Part shown: positions 46,290 to 56,786 of the stretch, piece after piece | How positions within the stretch are numbered: the first letter of the stretch is position 1 | Layout of the letters: each line of letters opens with the position of its first letter | NCBI GenBank assembly: GCA_963762565.1 | Contig: CAVXLD010000001.1 | Coordinates: 1,312,001 to 1,376,000 of the forward strand | Direction of reading: 5' to 3' | DNA: 64,000 nucleotides | Source: an uncultured Verrucomicrobiae bacterium | Lineage (GTDB): Bacteria; Verrucomicrobiota; Verrucomicrobiia; Chthoniobacterales; JAFAMB01 | Position numbers and translations under genes: made by a program | Notes under the pieces: generated by a model | Seen by the model: the letters and a program-made list of their open reading frames with translations, nothing else | Told to the model about the DNA's origin: nothing | Databases searched by the model: none

Positions 46290-46889
46290 CTAGCTGCCGG
46301 CTGGCGCGGGCAGATTATCCAAAGCCAGATTTAATTTCAGAACGTTGACTCCGGGCTCACCGCCGATCCGCAAAAAAGAATGCTCGGTGGCGGCCTGAAT
46401 CGCCTTCTTAACCACCGCGATGTCGAGGTTACGGGCTTTAGCCACCCGAGGCGCCTGTAGCAACGCGTTTTCGGCGCTGATATGTGGGTCCAGGCCGCTT
46501 CCGGATGCGGTCACCGCGTCAGCGGGAACCAGAATACTGTCCGCTAACCCGTTTTCTTTGCGATAGGCTTCAACGTTTTGTTTGATCTGGTCGATCAACT
46601 TCTGCGATGTCGGGCCCAAGTTGGAACCGCCAGACGCCGTCGGGTCATAACCTGTGCCGGCAGAAGACGGGCGCGGCTGGAAATATTTCTCACCGCTAAA
46701 CCCCTGAGCTAGCAAAGCCGACCCCACGATGGTGCCGTCTTTCGCTTCGATTAGGCTGCCGTTAGCTTGATACGGAAAAACCACTTGGCCAATCGCCCAG
46801 ATTACCAACGGGTAGAGGCCACTGCAGATAATCGCCAGGACGATGGTGGCGATAATCGAGGTCTTGAGATCCAAGAGAAAAGTTTTCAT
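46290..46889 (-). CDS. kdpC: K+-transporting ATPase subunit C
   Basis: QANGSLI, YFQPRPS, SGGSNLGP, VTASGSGLDPHIS, VNVLKLNLALD. Confidence 0.97.
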   Translation of the reverse strand: MKTFLLDLKTSIIATIVLAIICSGLYPLVIWAIGQVVFPYQANGSLIEAKDGTIVGSALLAQGFSGEKYFQPRPSSAGTGYDPTASGGSNLGPTSQKLIDQIKQNVEAYRKENGLADSILVPADAVTASGSGLDPHISAENALLQAPRVAKARNLDIAVVKKAIQAATEHSFLRIGGEPGVNVLKLNLALDNLPAPAGS

Positions 46890-46904
46890 TGTCTTCTGAG
46901 AGTG

Positions 46905-48923
46905 TTAAGCGAGGTGAATAAAGGTGATGAACATGTCGATCAGCTTAATCCCGATAAACGGCAGGATGATGCCGCCAAGTCCGTAGATCAGTAGATTTCG
47001 CTGCAAGATTTTAGCTGCTCCCAAAGGCCGGAACTTTACGCCCTTCAACGCCAGCGGGATCAACGCCACGATGATCACGGCATTGAAAATAACCGCGCTG
47101 AGAATCGCGCTATTAGTCGTCTTTAACCCCATGACGTTGAGGGGAGCGATCAAAGGGAATTTCTCCATCAACATGGCCGGAATGATGGCGAAATACTTGG
47201 CCACATCGTTCGCAATGCTGAAGGTGGTTAGCGCACCGCGGGTGATTAAGAGCTGTTTACCGATCTCAACGATTTCAATCAGCTTGGTCGGGTTGGAATC
47301 CAGATCGACCATGTTGCCGGCTTCTTTAGCGGCTTGCGTTCCGGTATTCATAGCCACACCCACATCCGCTTGAGCTAACGCCGGTGCGTCATTGGTGCCG
47401 TCTCCCGTCATCGCCACCAGGTGTCCTTGCGCTTGTTCCTCCCGAATCCGGGCCAGTTTATCTTCCGGCTTCGCTTCGTACAGGAAATCATCAACCCCAG
47501 CTTCTTTGGCAATCGCGGCCGCGGTTAACCGGTTGTCACCGGTAATCATCACGGTCTTAATACCCATTGCCCGGAACCGCTCGAATCGGTCAGCTAAGCC
47601 CCCTTTAACGATATCTTTCAGACGGATAGTTCCGAGCACTTCCGCGTTACGAGCGACCACGAGCGGCGTAGCGCCTTCACTGGAGATCGTGACCACATCT
47701 TTCTCGACCGCTTCCGGCAACTTTCCACCGACAAATTTGCGAACTGCGTCGGCAGCCCCTTTCCGATAGCTCGAGTGGTCGATATCCACACCGCTCATTC
47801 GGGTTTGGGCCGTGAACGGGATAAAATCGGCGTGTCCTAATTCATGAATCTCACGCCCTCGAATACCAAGACCTTTGGCGAGCACAACGATACTTCTCCC
47901 CTCCGGAGTTTCGTCCGCTAACGAAGCGAGTTGAGCTGCGTCCGCTAGAGTCTGCCGGTCCACATTCGGGGCAGGCAGGAACTCGGTTGCCTGGCGATTG
48001 CCCAGGGTGATAGTGCCGGTCTTGTCCAGTAACAAAACGTCGACATCGCCAGATGCTTCGACCGAACGGCCGCTCATAGCCAAAACATTCTTCTGAACGA
48101 GACGATCAATACCGGCGATCCCGATTGCGCTTAACAGACCGCCGATTGTGGTCGGGATTAAACAAACTAAAAGCGCAACCAGCACCGGGATCGAGAAATC
48201 GACACCGGAATAGATCCCGTAAGCCTTCATCGACATCATCGCGATCAGGAAAATCAGGGTCAAGGCCGACAACAAAATGGTGAGCGCAATTTCGTTCGGT
48301 GTTTTCTGCCTTGCTGCGCCTTCAACCAAACTAATCATTCGATCCAGAAAGGTCTCACCCGGATTCGAGGTAATTCGGATCTTGAGAATGTCCGAGAGAA
48401 CCTTCGTTCCTCCAGTAACCGCGCTGCGGTCACCACCGGCTTCACGAATCACCGGTGCAGATTCTCCGGTGATAGCCGATTCGTCCACCGTTGCTGCGCC
48501 TTCGATCACGTCGCCGTCACCCGGAATTAATTCACCGGCCTTGACCAGGACGATGTCCTCTTTGCGCAGCTGTTCCGCTGCCACCTGCTCAGTCTGATCG
48601 CTACCGTTTGTCAACCGGTTGGCAAATGTCTGGGTTCGAGTCGCTCGTAAAGCTTTGGCTTGGGCTTTACCGCGCCCCTCGGCCATTGCCTCAGCGAAGT
48701 TGGCGAATAGAACCGTGAACCAAAGCCAGAGCGCAATCTGGGTCAAAAACAGAAGGTCGCCGCGACCTTCAAATAAGACCACGGTTGTGATCGCCGCGCC
48801 AACTTCCGTCACGAACATGACCGGGTTTCTGGCGAGCGTGACCGGATTGAGTTTCTTGAATGACTCCCCAATCGCCGGCACTACGATCGACGGATCAAAA
48901 ATAGAATGTTGCTTTGCAGCCAT
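46905..48923 (-). CDS. kdpB: K+-transporting ATPase subunit B
   Basis: [34 protein letters not shown]. Confidence 0.98.
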   Translation of the reverse strand: MAAKQHSIFDPSIVVPAIGESFKKLNPVTLARNPVMFVTEVGAAITTVVLFEGRGDLLFLTQIALWLWFTVLFANFAEAMAEGRGKAQAKALRATRTQTFANRLTNGSDQTEQVAAEQLRKEDIVLVKAGELIPGDGDVIEGAATVDESAITGESAPVIREAGGDRSAVTGGTKVLSDILKIRITSNPGETFLDRMISLVEGAARQKTPNEIALTILLSALTLIFLIAMMSMKAYGIYSGVDFSIPVLVALLVCLIPTTIGGLLSAIGIAGIDRLVQKNVLAMSGRSVEASGDVDVLLLDKTGTITLGNRQATEFLPAPNVDRQTLADAAQLASLADETPEGRSIVVLAKGLGIRGREIHELGHADFIPFTAQTRMSGVDIDHSSYRKGAADAVRKFVGGKLPEAVEKDVVTISSEGATPLVVARNAEVLGTIRLKDIVKGGLADRFERFRAMGIKTVMITGDNRLTAAAIAKEAGVDDFLYEAKPEDKLARIREEQAQGHLVAMTGDGTNDAPALAQADVGVAMNTGTQAAKEAGNMVDLDSNPTKLIEIVEIGKQLLITRGALTTFSIANDVAKYFAIIPAMLMEKFPLIAPLNVMGLKTTNSAILSAVIFNAVIIVALIPLALKGVKFRPLGAAKILQRNLLIYGLGGIILPFIGIKLIDMFITFIHLA

Positions 48924-48967
48924 AGATAACTTTCAGGTCCGTTAACTCGTTCGCTTGGTTTAACCGC

Positions 48968-50785
48968 TTAGTAGGTTTTACCTCCGTACATCAGGAAGTG
49001 CTCCAGGATTGGCCCCAGAGACAAGGCCGGGAAAAATGTGAGAGCACCCACTAACAGAATGGTGCCGATCAGCAAAATAACGAATATGGGACCACTTACT
49101 GGGAAGGTTCCCGCTCCAGTCGCGACCAGTTTCTTGCGAGCTAGCGAGCCGGCCAGAGCCATGACCGGGATAATCATCCCAAATCGCCCAACTAACATCG
49201 CGAATCCCAGGGTAATATCGTAATGCGGATCTCCGTTGGTGGGAGCAGCGGTTAGTCCGGCAAATGCGCTCCCATTGTTTCCGGTACAGGAAGTAAAAGC
49301 ATACAAGATCTCGCTCAGGCCGTGTGGCCCCAGATTATTCCGCCCGGCCTGCCCCCAATCCGTGACCGATGCCCAGCCGGAAAAACCTAAAATAGAGAAA
49401 GACATCAACAAAATTCCGAATGCCGCCATCTTCACGTCATAAGATTCGATCTTCTTTCCCAGATATTCGGGTGTTCGGCCTACCATTAGGCCGGCGATGA
49501 AGACCGCTAGTACCACGAAGAGAATCATCCCATAGAGTCCGGCGCCCACACCGCCGAAAATAATCTCGCCTAGTTGAATATTGAGCATCGGGATTAGTCC
49601 GCCGAGCGGAGTGAAGGAATCGTGCATTGAGTTCACGGCGCCGCAGGAGGCATCAGTCGTAATGGTGGCAAAAAGTGCGGAGTTCGTAATACCGAACCGT
49701 ACTTCCTTACCCTCCATGTTGCCGTCCGCATGATTAACTCCAAGCGCTGTTACCTGCGGGTTACCCGCGGCTTCGCATCCCCAACAAATGACAAAACCGA
49801 TGACAAACACTAAAGCCATCGTAGTCCAGACCGCCCAGCCATGTTTCTGGCTCTTTATCATTCGTCCGAGGTAGTAAGTGAGGGCGCTGGGAATAGCGAA
49901 GATAGAGAGCATCTGAATGAAATTGGAGAGCGGCGTCGGGTTTTCGAACGGATGCGCAGCATTAGCGTTAAGAAATCCGCCACCGTTGGTGCCTAGCATC
50001 TTAATCGCCATTTGCGAAGCCATCGGTCCTTCGGTGATGGTTTGCGAATCGACCGTTTGCTCCTCCATAACCGGATTGCCTTTGGCGTCGTTCACGGGAT
50101 TGCCATTCGCGTCCTTCTTGGGAACCTGGACCTTTTGCGCCTCCACCACCTTAGCCGTTTGATACGGTTTGAAGTTCTGCGGTACTCCCTGCCAGACCAA
50201 GAATACGGCGTAGACTATGCAGATCGGTAACAGCAGGTAGTAAGTGATCCGAACCAGATCCACCCAGAAATTGCCGAGGGTTTTAGCGGTATGACGAGCA
50301 ATCCCACGGACGACTGCAGCCGCTACGGCGATACCGACGGCTGCGGACATAAAATTGTGCAGAGCCAAACCGACCATTTGAGAGAAATAGCTCATGGTCG
50401 ATTCCCCGGAATAACTCTGCCAGTTAGTATTGGTAGAAAAGCTAATCGCCGTGTTGAACGCGATGTGGTCGGTAACCGCCTGAAATGTTTTCGGATCCTG
50501 GTTTAGAGGTAGGAAGCCCTGCAGACGCAGAATTCCGTAAGTAAACAAAACCGTAACCGCGGTGAACACCAACATCGCGATGGTGTACTGAAGCCAGGAT
50601 TGCTCTTTTTCCGGATCGACTCCAAAGAGCCGATAAGTGAGCCTTTCCACGGGTTTAACCACCGGATCCAGGAAGGTCTTGCCCTGGGTGTCCAAGACCT
50701 GAACGAGATAGATACCGAGCGGTTTAGTAATCGCTAAGAGGACGATCAAATAGATCGCCAATTCCAGCCAGCCTAGGATGTTCAT
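48968..50785 (-). CDS. kdpA: K+-transporting ATPase subunit A
   Basis: TNTNWQSY, LGTNGGG, GAVNSMHDS, NNGSAFAG. Confidence 0.98.
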   Translation of the reverse strand: MNILGWLELAIYLIVLLAITKPLGIYLVQVLDTQGKTFLDPVVKPVERLTYRLFGVDPEKEQSWLQYTIAMLVFTAVTVLFTYGILRLQGFLPLNQDPKTFQAVTDHIAFNTAISFSTNTNWQSYSGESTMSYFSQMVGLALHNFMSAAVGIAVAAAVVRGIARHTAKTLGNFWVDLVRITYYLLLPICIVYAVFLVWQGVPQNFKPYQTAKVVEAQKVQVPKKDANGNPVNDAKGNPVMEEQTVDSQTITEGPMASQMAIKMLGTNGGGFLNANAAHPFENPTPLSNFIQMLSIFAIPSALTYYLGRMIKSQKHGWAVWTTMALVFVIGFVICWGCEAAGNPQVTALGVNHADGNMEGKEVRFGITNSALFATITTDASCGAVNSMHDSFTPLGGLIPMLNIQLGEIIFGGVGAGLYGMILFVVLAVFIAGLMVGRTPEYLGKKIESYDVKMAAFGILLMSFSILGFSGWASVTDWGQAGRNNLGPHGLSEILYAFTSCTGNNGSAFAGLTAAPTNGDPHYDITLGFAMLVGRFGMIIPVMALAGSLARKKLVATGAGTFPVSGPIFVILLIGTILLVGALTFFPALSLGPILEHFLMYGGKTY

Positions 50786-50809
50786 GTTCTATTTAATTTA
50801 AAGCGGCGG

Positions 50810-50893
50810 TTAAAACTTCTCCGGCCGAATCATGCTGAAGATCAGGTAGACGATAAGTCCGATTGAAACGATACCGACGAGTACATTTTCCAT
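50810..50893 (-). CDS. kdpF: KdpF subunit (27 aa, not in the ORF track)
   Basis: MENVLVGIVSIGLIVYLIFSMIRPEKF; YL....PEKF signature directly upstream of kdpA. Confidence 0.93.
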   Translation of the reverse strand: MENVLVGIVSIGLIVYLIFSMIRPEKF

Positions 50894-50912
50894 AGAGAGT
50901 CAGTTTATAAAA

Positions 50913-50996
50913 CTAGACATTTTTACAGCCCCACGCGAAAAGCGTCAGAACGACGAACGATCCGATAGAGATTCCGATATAAATAATATCAGCCAT
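50913..50996 (-). CDS. 27-aa hydrophobic peptide upstream of kdpF
   Basis: MADIIYIGISIGSFVVLTLFAWGCKNV; single TM helix, in line with the operon. Confidence 0.7.
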   Translation of the reverse strand: MADIIYIGISIGSFVVLTLFAWGCKNV

Positions 50997-51035
50997 AATG
51001 ATAGGTTAGTTTCTTTGAGTTTCCTTAGGCGCGGG

Positions 51036-51728
51036 TTAATCAGGATGATTGGCTTGGGTGCGGCGCGGTTCGATCGGCTCGGCGGGATGAAGCGCTTGGA
51101 AGACCCGGCGCAGTCCTTCTTTGGCGGCAACATTGTTTCCATCCAGTTTTATGGCCGCTTCGAAGAGCTTGCGGGCGCGCTCGATATCGCCGGTTCGTTC
51201 CGCCAACTCGCCGGCTAAATTGAAACTATCGGGTGAGTTAGTATTGAGTTCAATCGCGTGCAGGACGTGTCCTTTAGCAGCTCCCAGATCGCCTGTCTCC
51301 ATCAGGCGGCGTGCTTCGCTGGCCGAGCGCTCGAAATCTATCACCTCGGCTTTTTTTCCGGACTGATCGTTGCGAGCGAGAACTTCCTGCACCACCTGGC
51401 GCAGATCCTCGGGCGTGAGCGGTTTTTGCAAGAAGTCGCTCGCCCCAAGTTGGATTGCACGCACCGCGTTAGGCACATCACTGAAGGCGGTAATAATGAT
51501 CGCCGGTATGTTAATTCTTTGCGCGCGCATGGCAGCCAACAGATCGAGGCCGCCCATCCTGGGCATCCGCATATCCAGAATGACCAGGTCAAATTTATCG
51601 ACTTTCAGCTTCTTGAGTCCTTCGGTGCTTAGCCCGGTCTCATCAACCTCGTACCCCTCCAGCTCTAAAGTGACCCGGTAGTTCAACCGGACATTGGGTT
51701 CGTCATCGACGATAAGAATCCGTTTCAT
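51036..51728 (-). CDS. Response regulator (REC + TPR-like C-terminus)
   Basis: ILIVDDE, LDMRMP, ITA, KP; SFNLAG...A..L..AIKLD TPR pattern; ATGA overlap with the kinase. Confidence 0.9.
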   Translation of the reverse strand: MKRILIVDDEPNVRLNYRVTLELEGYEVDETGLSTEGLKKLKVDKFDLVILDMRMPRMGGLDLLAAMRAQRINIPAIIITAFSDVPNAVRAIQLGASDFLQKPLTPEDLRQVVQEVLARNDQSGKKAEVIDFERSASEARRLMETGDLGAAKGHVLHAIELNTNSPDSFNLAGELAERTGDIERARKLFEAAIKLDGNNVAAKEGLRRVFQALHPAEPIEPRRTQANHPD

Positions 51729-53524
51729 GCCGCCTTTCGTTCTGCCAGAGGGAGATCGAAGTAGAACTCGCTTCCTTCCCCAGACCGGCTTTCCAAACCA
51801 ATGGTGCCGCCATGGCTTAGCACGATCTCGCGTGCGATAGCTAATCCCAAGCCAACTCCGCCGCGTTCAGTCCCGGGAATCCGGTAGAACCGTTCGAAAA
51901 TCTTGGATTGATACTCCAAGGGTATACCGTTACCGCGGTCGATTACAGAAAATCTAATTCCGTCCCCAATCCGTTTGGCCCGAATTAATATCTCACTCCC
52001 CGGCTGCGAATGTTTAGCGGCGTTTGAAACCAGGTTAGAGAATACGTGCCGGATCTGTTGAAGGTCGACAGCCACCGGCTCAAGGTCCGGTTCCGCTTCG
52101 AATTTCAGGCGGCTACCGTGGGCTTCAACGGTGGGTTCCAGATCCTGCACCACGCTCGTAATCAACGTCTTGGGATAAACCTTCTGGAACGTGCTCTGAG
52201 CGGTATCAGATTCTAGCCGCGCCAGGTCCAGAAGATCATTAATTATCTTGAGCAACCGCTCCGAATCCTCGCGGGCCGCCAGCATGAGTTCGGTCTGTTT
52301 TGTGTTCAGCGATCCGATTCGCTCCTCCAAGAGCAAATGCAACCCCATGCGGATGCTGGTCAACGGCGTTTTTAACTCGTGGCTAACCGTCGAAACCAAA
52401 TTGGTCTTCACTTCGTCCATCAGACGAAAACGAGTGACATCTTGCAGGATCATGGCGGCGCCGAACAGATTACCCGTCTCGTCCCGCATCCCGATGATAC
52501 GAGGAAGCAGATGAAGATCGTATCCGTGTAGCCTAAGGGAGATGGCTTTTTCGAAGCTGGCGGGTAAGAAATCAGGGGCACCTCGCAGGACGTTTTCGAC
52601 TTCCGGCAGCAACGCATCCGGTAGATGCCCGTTCAGCTTGGCCAAAAGGCGTTCCGCAGCCGGGTTCGTGAAACTAAATTTTTTGTCTGGGGTATAAGCG
52701 AAGATCGGGTCAGGAAACGCAGAGAGCGTGATCTCGGTCATTTGCCTGGCCTGAAGGACCTGGTCAGTAGTGACTTGCCGATAGGCGCGCAGCTTCGACG
52801 CCAACTTGTTGAACGCAGCAGCCAGCTGGCTCATTTCGTCATGCCCAGACACCGGCACCAGTTGGTCGAGGTTACCCTCCCCCAGCTCTTTGGCGACTGA
52901 GGTCAACCTATGCAGCGATCGAACAATTGAACGCTGCAACCAGTACGCGAAAAATAAACTAGCGGCGATCCCGATCGCGACCGCTAACGAAAGGTAGCGG
53001 CTGGAATTTGTGCTTAATGAGCGCGCTCCCTGGTTTTCATTCAACATGTTCTCTTCGTTGATACGAATAACCTGCTGGGCCGTGTCTTTGATCTTGGTTC
53101 CCAGAGGCAGAACTGTCGAAAAGTAGAACTGGCGCTTTTGATCCGTTCCAGGCTCGTCGTTGAAGCGCTGAACGTCGGATTGGTAAGTGGTGAAGTCTTG
53201 CCGGAGGGTATCAGCTAATTGCTGCTCGCCTGGCAGGGTGATGTTGTGTTCCTCAGCTACCAGATTCTTGGCGAAAACCTCTTGGTTCTGCTGATAGACT
53301 TTGATCCCCATTTCGGTTTCACCGATCAAGGTCAAGACGAGCCCTGAATCCATCGCCTGCAGGCTCTCTCTCATCCGGCGCCCGGCCACCACGCTCCGAT
53401 AGTTCTCTTTTAGCGTGAGGTCGATTTTTCCGCCCAGGGCTTTGAGCAACACGATGGCGTAGATGCCGATGCCTGCGAGCAGGACCAAAATCGGGGCTAG
53501 CCCTAGAAAAATACGCCTTTTCAT
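51725..53524 (-). CDS. Sensor histidine kinase (KinB-like: helical sensor, HAMP, PAS, HisKA, HATPase)
   Basis: ENYRSV, SHELKTPLTS, NLVSNA, DRGNGI, GLGLAI. Confidence 0.93.
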   Translation of the reverse strand: MKRRIFLGLAPILVLLAGIGIYAIVLLKALGGKIDLTLKENYRSVVAGRRMRESLQAMDSGLVLTLIGETEMGIKVYQQNQEVFAKNLVAEEHNITLPGEQQLADTLRQDFTTYQSDVQRFNDEPGTDQKRQFYFSTVLPLGTKIKDTAQQVIRINEENMLNENQGARSLSTNSSRYLSLAVAIGIAASLFFAYWLQRSIVRSLHRLTSVAKELGEGNLDQLVPVSGHDEMSQLAAAFNKLASKLRAYRQVTTDQVLQARQMTEITLSAFPDPIFAYTPDKKFSFTNPAAERLLAKLNGHLPDALLPEVENVLRGAPDFLPASFEKAISLRLHGYDLHLLPRIIGMRDETGNLFGAAMILQDVTRFRLMDEVKTNLVSTVSHELKTPLTSIRMGLHLLLEERIGSLNTKQTELMLAAREDSERLLKIINDLLDLARLESDTAQSTFQKVYPKTLITSVVQDLEPTVEAHGSRLKFEAEPDLEPVAVDLQQIRHVFSNLVSNAAKHSQPGSEILIRAKRIGDGIRFSVIDRGNGIPLEYQSKIFERFYRIPGTERGGVGLGLAIAREIVLSHGGTIGLESRSGEGSEFYFDLPLAERKAA

Positions 53525-53566
53525 CTCAAACCTTAACCCTAACGCGACGCGCGGGCAGTCCTAAGA

Positions 53567-53582
53567 AGCTGGAGCTGTGCCA
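53567..53582 (-). promoter_or_regulatory. Sigma54 -24/-12 promoter candidate
   Basis: TGGCACAGCTCCAGCT (GG-N10-GC) 42 nt upstream of the kinase start. Confidence 0.6.
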
Positions 53583-53639
53583 CCCTAAGAATCACTGTTC
53601 AAAGTTTTGTGTCTCCCCTAGGGACCGGATAGTGGTATG

Positions 53640-53706
53640 CGCCATTTTGGCGAGCTCGCCGGTCGTATCTTGCGAGATTCCGAACCGAAAGGGTCGCAAA
53701 CTGCGA
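53640..53706. promoter_or_regulatory. Candidate upstream activator sites
   Basis: CGCCATTTTGGCG 53640-53652, TCGTATCTTGCGA 53663-53675, TCGCAAACTGCGA 53694-53706. Confidence 0.45.
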
Positions 53707-53778
53707 GTAACTTCGCGGCTGGCGGTTCGAACGCGAGGGAAGGGCGCGCGTCCTCCCAATGAACGCGAGCCCATCGCC

Positions 53779-53902
53779 GGGAGGGATCGCGTCCTCGTCC
53801 CGCGGCCGCGGATTATCGAAGTCCACGACAGACCCAATCCAGCGTCAAAGCAGTTCCCAAATTATCGGCCTATTCGCGGCGCGCGGGGACGCGCGCCCTC
53901 CC
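53779..53902. repeat. REP-doublet family A, copy 4 (plus a partial REP at 53737-53756)
   Basis: GGGAGGGATCGCGTCCTCG ... GGCGCGCGGGGACGCGCGCCCTCCC. Confidence 0.85.
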
Positions 53903-53923
53903 ATCTCACCCTTTCGCCCCCCC

Positions 53924-55243
53924 TCAGAGGCGTTTTTTGCGTCGATAAAGGGTAGCTGGGTCGATTTGAAGGATATGCGCAGCCTCATCAATCGTCCGGG
54001 AGTTCGCCAGAACTTTCCGGATGTGCTCGTTCTCGACTTCCTCGAGGCTGACTCTACCTCCGAGACGAAATTCGGCGGTATTCTGAGCGATATCTCCTAG
54101 GTCGCCGGCTTCGATTCGATCGGTCTCCGCGAGAATCACAGCTCTCTCGATAACGTTCCGCAGCTCTCTCAAGTTACCTGGCCAAGAGTATGCCCGCATT
54201 GCTTGCATTGCCTCCGGAGAAAAGGTGAGACCGAGTTTGCCGGATCGTCTGGAAAAGAATTGGAGTTGTTTCTCTGCGATCCGCTGCACATCAACGCTGC
54301 GATCGCGCAAAGGCGGAATATGAATCGAAATAACGTTCAACCGATAATAGAGGTCCTCTCGGAAGCGCCCGGCGGTGACAGCCGGACCGAGGTCTTTATT
54401 TGTCGCGGAAATGATTCGCACATCGGCGCGGCGCGATCGGGTGTCGCCGACTCTTTCGTATTCCTTTTCTTGAAGCAGACGTAAGAGCTTAGCTTGAATC
54501 TCGGAAGGCAAATCCCCGATCTCATCAAGAAATAAGGTCCCGCCTTCAGCCACGGTCACCTTACCCACGGTCTCAGTGAGCGCGCCGGTGAAAGCCCCTT
54601 TTACATGCCCAAAAAGCTCGCTCTCCAAGAGGTCCCGGGAAAGACTAGGGCAGCTGACCGTGACAAAGGGGGCTTTCGCCCGGGAGCTTCGTTCATGCAT
54701 AGCCCGGGCAAGTACGCTTTTCCCAGTGCCGCTTTCGCCAAGGAGCAAAACATTGGCCTCGCTGACGGCGGCTTTTATCGCGATATTGAGAACCTTCTCC
54801 ATTGCCGGCGCCTCTGACTCGAGATCGACGTCCGGCGCTTCGGTTCTCAATCGGGTCTCAAGCTCCAAGACCCGGTTTTGGAGCCGTCGGGTCCGCTCGA
54901 TCTTTTCCAGGACCTGGCGGACTTGTTCGGGAGTGCAGGGTTTGGCTAAGAAATCGAAAGCACCACGCCGCATCGCTTCCACAGCGGTTTCTATCGACGC
55001 ATAGGCGGTAACGATGACCACCGGCGTGCTCGGCGCCAAGCGCAGAAGTTCGGCCAACAAATCCAGGCCGCTTTCCTCCTGCAGTTTTAGATCCAAGAGG
55101 ATGGCATGAAACTCTTCGTCATTGACCAGTTTCAGGGCTTCAGCGCTCGTGCTCGCCGTCGCCACAGCGTGATTAGCGGATTCGATCGCGGTAGCAAACG
55201 CTTGCCGGATATTCTTTTGATCGTCAATTACGAGTACACGCAT
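53924..55243 (-). CDS. Sigma54-dependent response regulator (AlgB/NtrC family)
   Basis: REC domain, GESGTGKS, ELFGHVKGAFTGA, LFLDEIG, WPGNLREL, Fis-type HTH. Confidence 0.96.
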   Translation of the reverse strand: MRVLVIDDQKNIRQAFATAIESANHAVATASTSAEALKLVNDEEFHAILLDLKLQEESGLDLLAELLRLAPSTPVVIVTAYASIETAVEAMRRGAFDFLAKPCTPEQVRQVLEKIERTRRLQNRVLELETRLRTEAPDVDLESEAPAMEKVLNIAIKAAVSEANVLLLGESGTGKSVLARAMHERSSRAKAPFVTVSCPSLSRDLLESELFGHVKGAFTGALTETVGKVTVAEGGTLFLDEIGDLPSEIQAKLLRLLQEKEYERVGDTRSRRADVRIISATNKDLGPAVTAGRFREDLYYRLNVISIHIPPLRDRSVDVQRIAEKQLQFFSRRSGKLGLTFSPEAMQAMRAYSWPGNLRELRNVIERAVILAETDRIEAGDLGDIAQNTAEFRLGGRVSLEEVENEHIRKVLANSRTIDEAAHILQIDPATLYRRKKRL

Positions 55244-55468
55244 GCCACCTAACCGTTAGTCTTTGATTCCCAGACATCATCAAGACCCCACTAGATCGCC
55301 ATTGGTGGGAAACGCAAACTCTGGCCATTTTTGCCAACATGCAACCCAAACCGCCCCAAGCTTGTACGGCGCGGACAAAGCGTTGTTGTTATCTGGACCT
55401 GAGCTTGACACCTCACTTTGACGACTGTTAACTGAATACAGACTCCATTCTTGTTCTAGAAACCCCCA

Positions 55469-56764
55469 ATGAACAGTAACAAACTCCCCTCATACGGGCG
55501 CATTCTGCCCCGTTCTTTCTTGGCCGCAGCTGCGGCGGTCTTTATGCCTGCCGCCTTATACGCAGGAGTAACGCTCCATTTCGCCGGGCCTCCCGGCGGG
55601 GCGGAATTAGACTTCATGAAGAAGGTGTGTGACCAATGGGCGCAAAAGACCGGAAATACTGTGCAGCTGATCAGCCGGCCGAATGACACGACCCAGGCTC
55701 TACAAACATTTGAACAGTACTGGGCGGCTAGGAGCGGAGATGTTGATATCTACCAGGTAGACGTCATTTGGCAGGGCATTTGCGCGCCCCACGCTGTGGA
55801 TCTCAAGAAGTATTATAAAGAGGACGATCTCAGCCAGTATTTTCCGCGCATCATCCAAAACAACACCGTCAAGGGTAAGCTCGTGTCTATTCCGTTATTC
55901 ACGGATGCAGGCATTCTGTATTACCGCACCGACCTTCTGCAGAAATACGGGTATTCCGATCCGCCGAAGACCTGGGTAGATTTGACCGAGATGGCCAAGA
56001 AGATCATGGACGGCGAACGTAAAGCCGGTCAAAGCGATTTCTACGGCTTCGTTTTTCAAGGTAAGTCCAGCGAGACCGTGACCTGTGATGCGCTTGAGTG
56101 GGTCTACAGCTACGGAGGTGGGACCATCATCGAACCGGACAAGAAGGTCAGCATAAATAATCCAAATGCCATCAAGGCACTTGAAGAGGCGCACAGTTGG
56201 GTCGGTACGATCGCTCCTGCCGGTGTGGTGACTTACGACGAAGAGCCGGCTCGAAACGTTTGGCAGGACGGCAAAGCTGCCTTTATGCGGAACTGGCCCT
56301 ACGCTTATTCATTAGGCCAGGATCCGAAGAGCCCAATCTCAGGAAAATTCGACGTATCCGTACTTCCTAAGGGTCCAGGGCCTGACGGCAAAAACGCGGC
56401 GTGCCTTGGCGGCTGGCAATTGATGGTTTCGACTTATTCCAAAAACGCGGATGTCGCAGCGGACCTGGTTAAATACCTAAGCTCAGCTGAGATTCAGAAG
56501 CAACGTGCGATTGAGATCAGCGAGTTGCCGACCCGGCCGGCGCTCTACAGCGATCCTGATATCTTAGCGAAGAACCCCTGGTTCAAGAATATTCCCGAGG
56601 TTTTGTCGAATGCGGTCGCCCGGCCGTCCACGGTAACCGGGGCTGATTACAACCAGATCTCAACTGCTTTCTTTCAGAATGTGAACCAGGTTCTCAGTGG
56701 TACTGAAAGCGCGGCGGACGCGGTTAAGAAGGTCGAGCAAGTAGGAAAACGACTGGTGCGATAG
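55469..56764 (+). CDS. Trehalose/maltose-type ABC substrate-binding protein
   Basis: Signal peptide; DVIW, LYYRTDLL, FMRNWPYAY, LGGWQL, ARP. Confidence 0.9.
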   Translation: MNSNKLPSYGRILPRSFLAAAAAVFMPAALYAGVTLHFAGPPGGAELDFMKKVCDQWAQKTGNTVQLISRPNDTTQALQTFEQYWAARSGDVDIYQVDVIWQGICAPHAVDLKKYYKEDDLSQYFPRIIQNNTVKGKLVSIPLFTDAGILYYRTDLLQKYGYSDPPKTWVDLTEMAKKIMDGERKAGQSDFYGFVFQGKSSETVTCDALEWVYSYGGGTIIEPDKKVSINNPNAIKALEEAHSWVGTIAPAGVVTYDEEPARNVWQDGKAAFMRNWPYAYSLGQDPKSPISGKFDVSVLPKGPGPDGKNAACLGGWQLMVSTYSKNADVAADLVKYLSSAEIQKQRAIEISELPTRPALYSDPDILAKNPWFKNIPEVLSNAVARPSTVTGADYNQISTAFFQNVNQVLSGTESAADAVKKVEQVGKRLVR

Positions 56765-56786
56765 CCCTACAACTGGACACCGAGCA

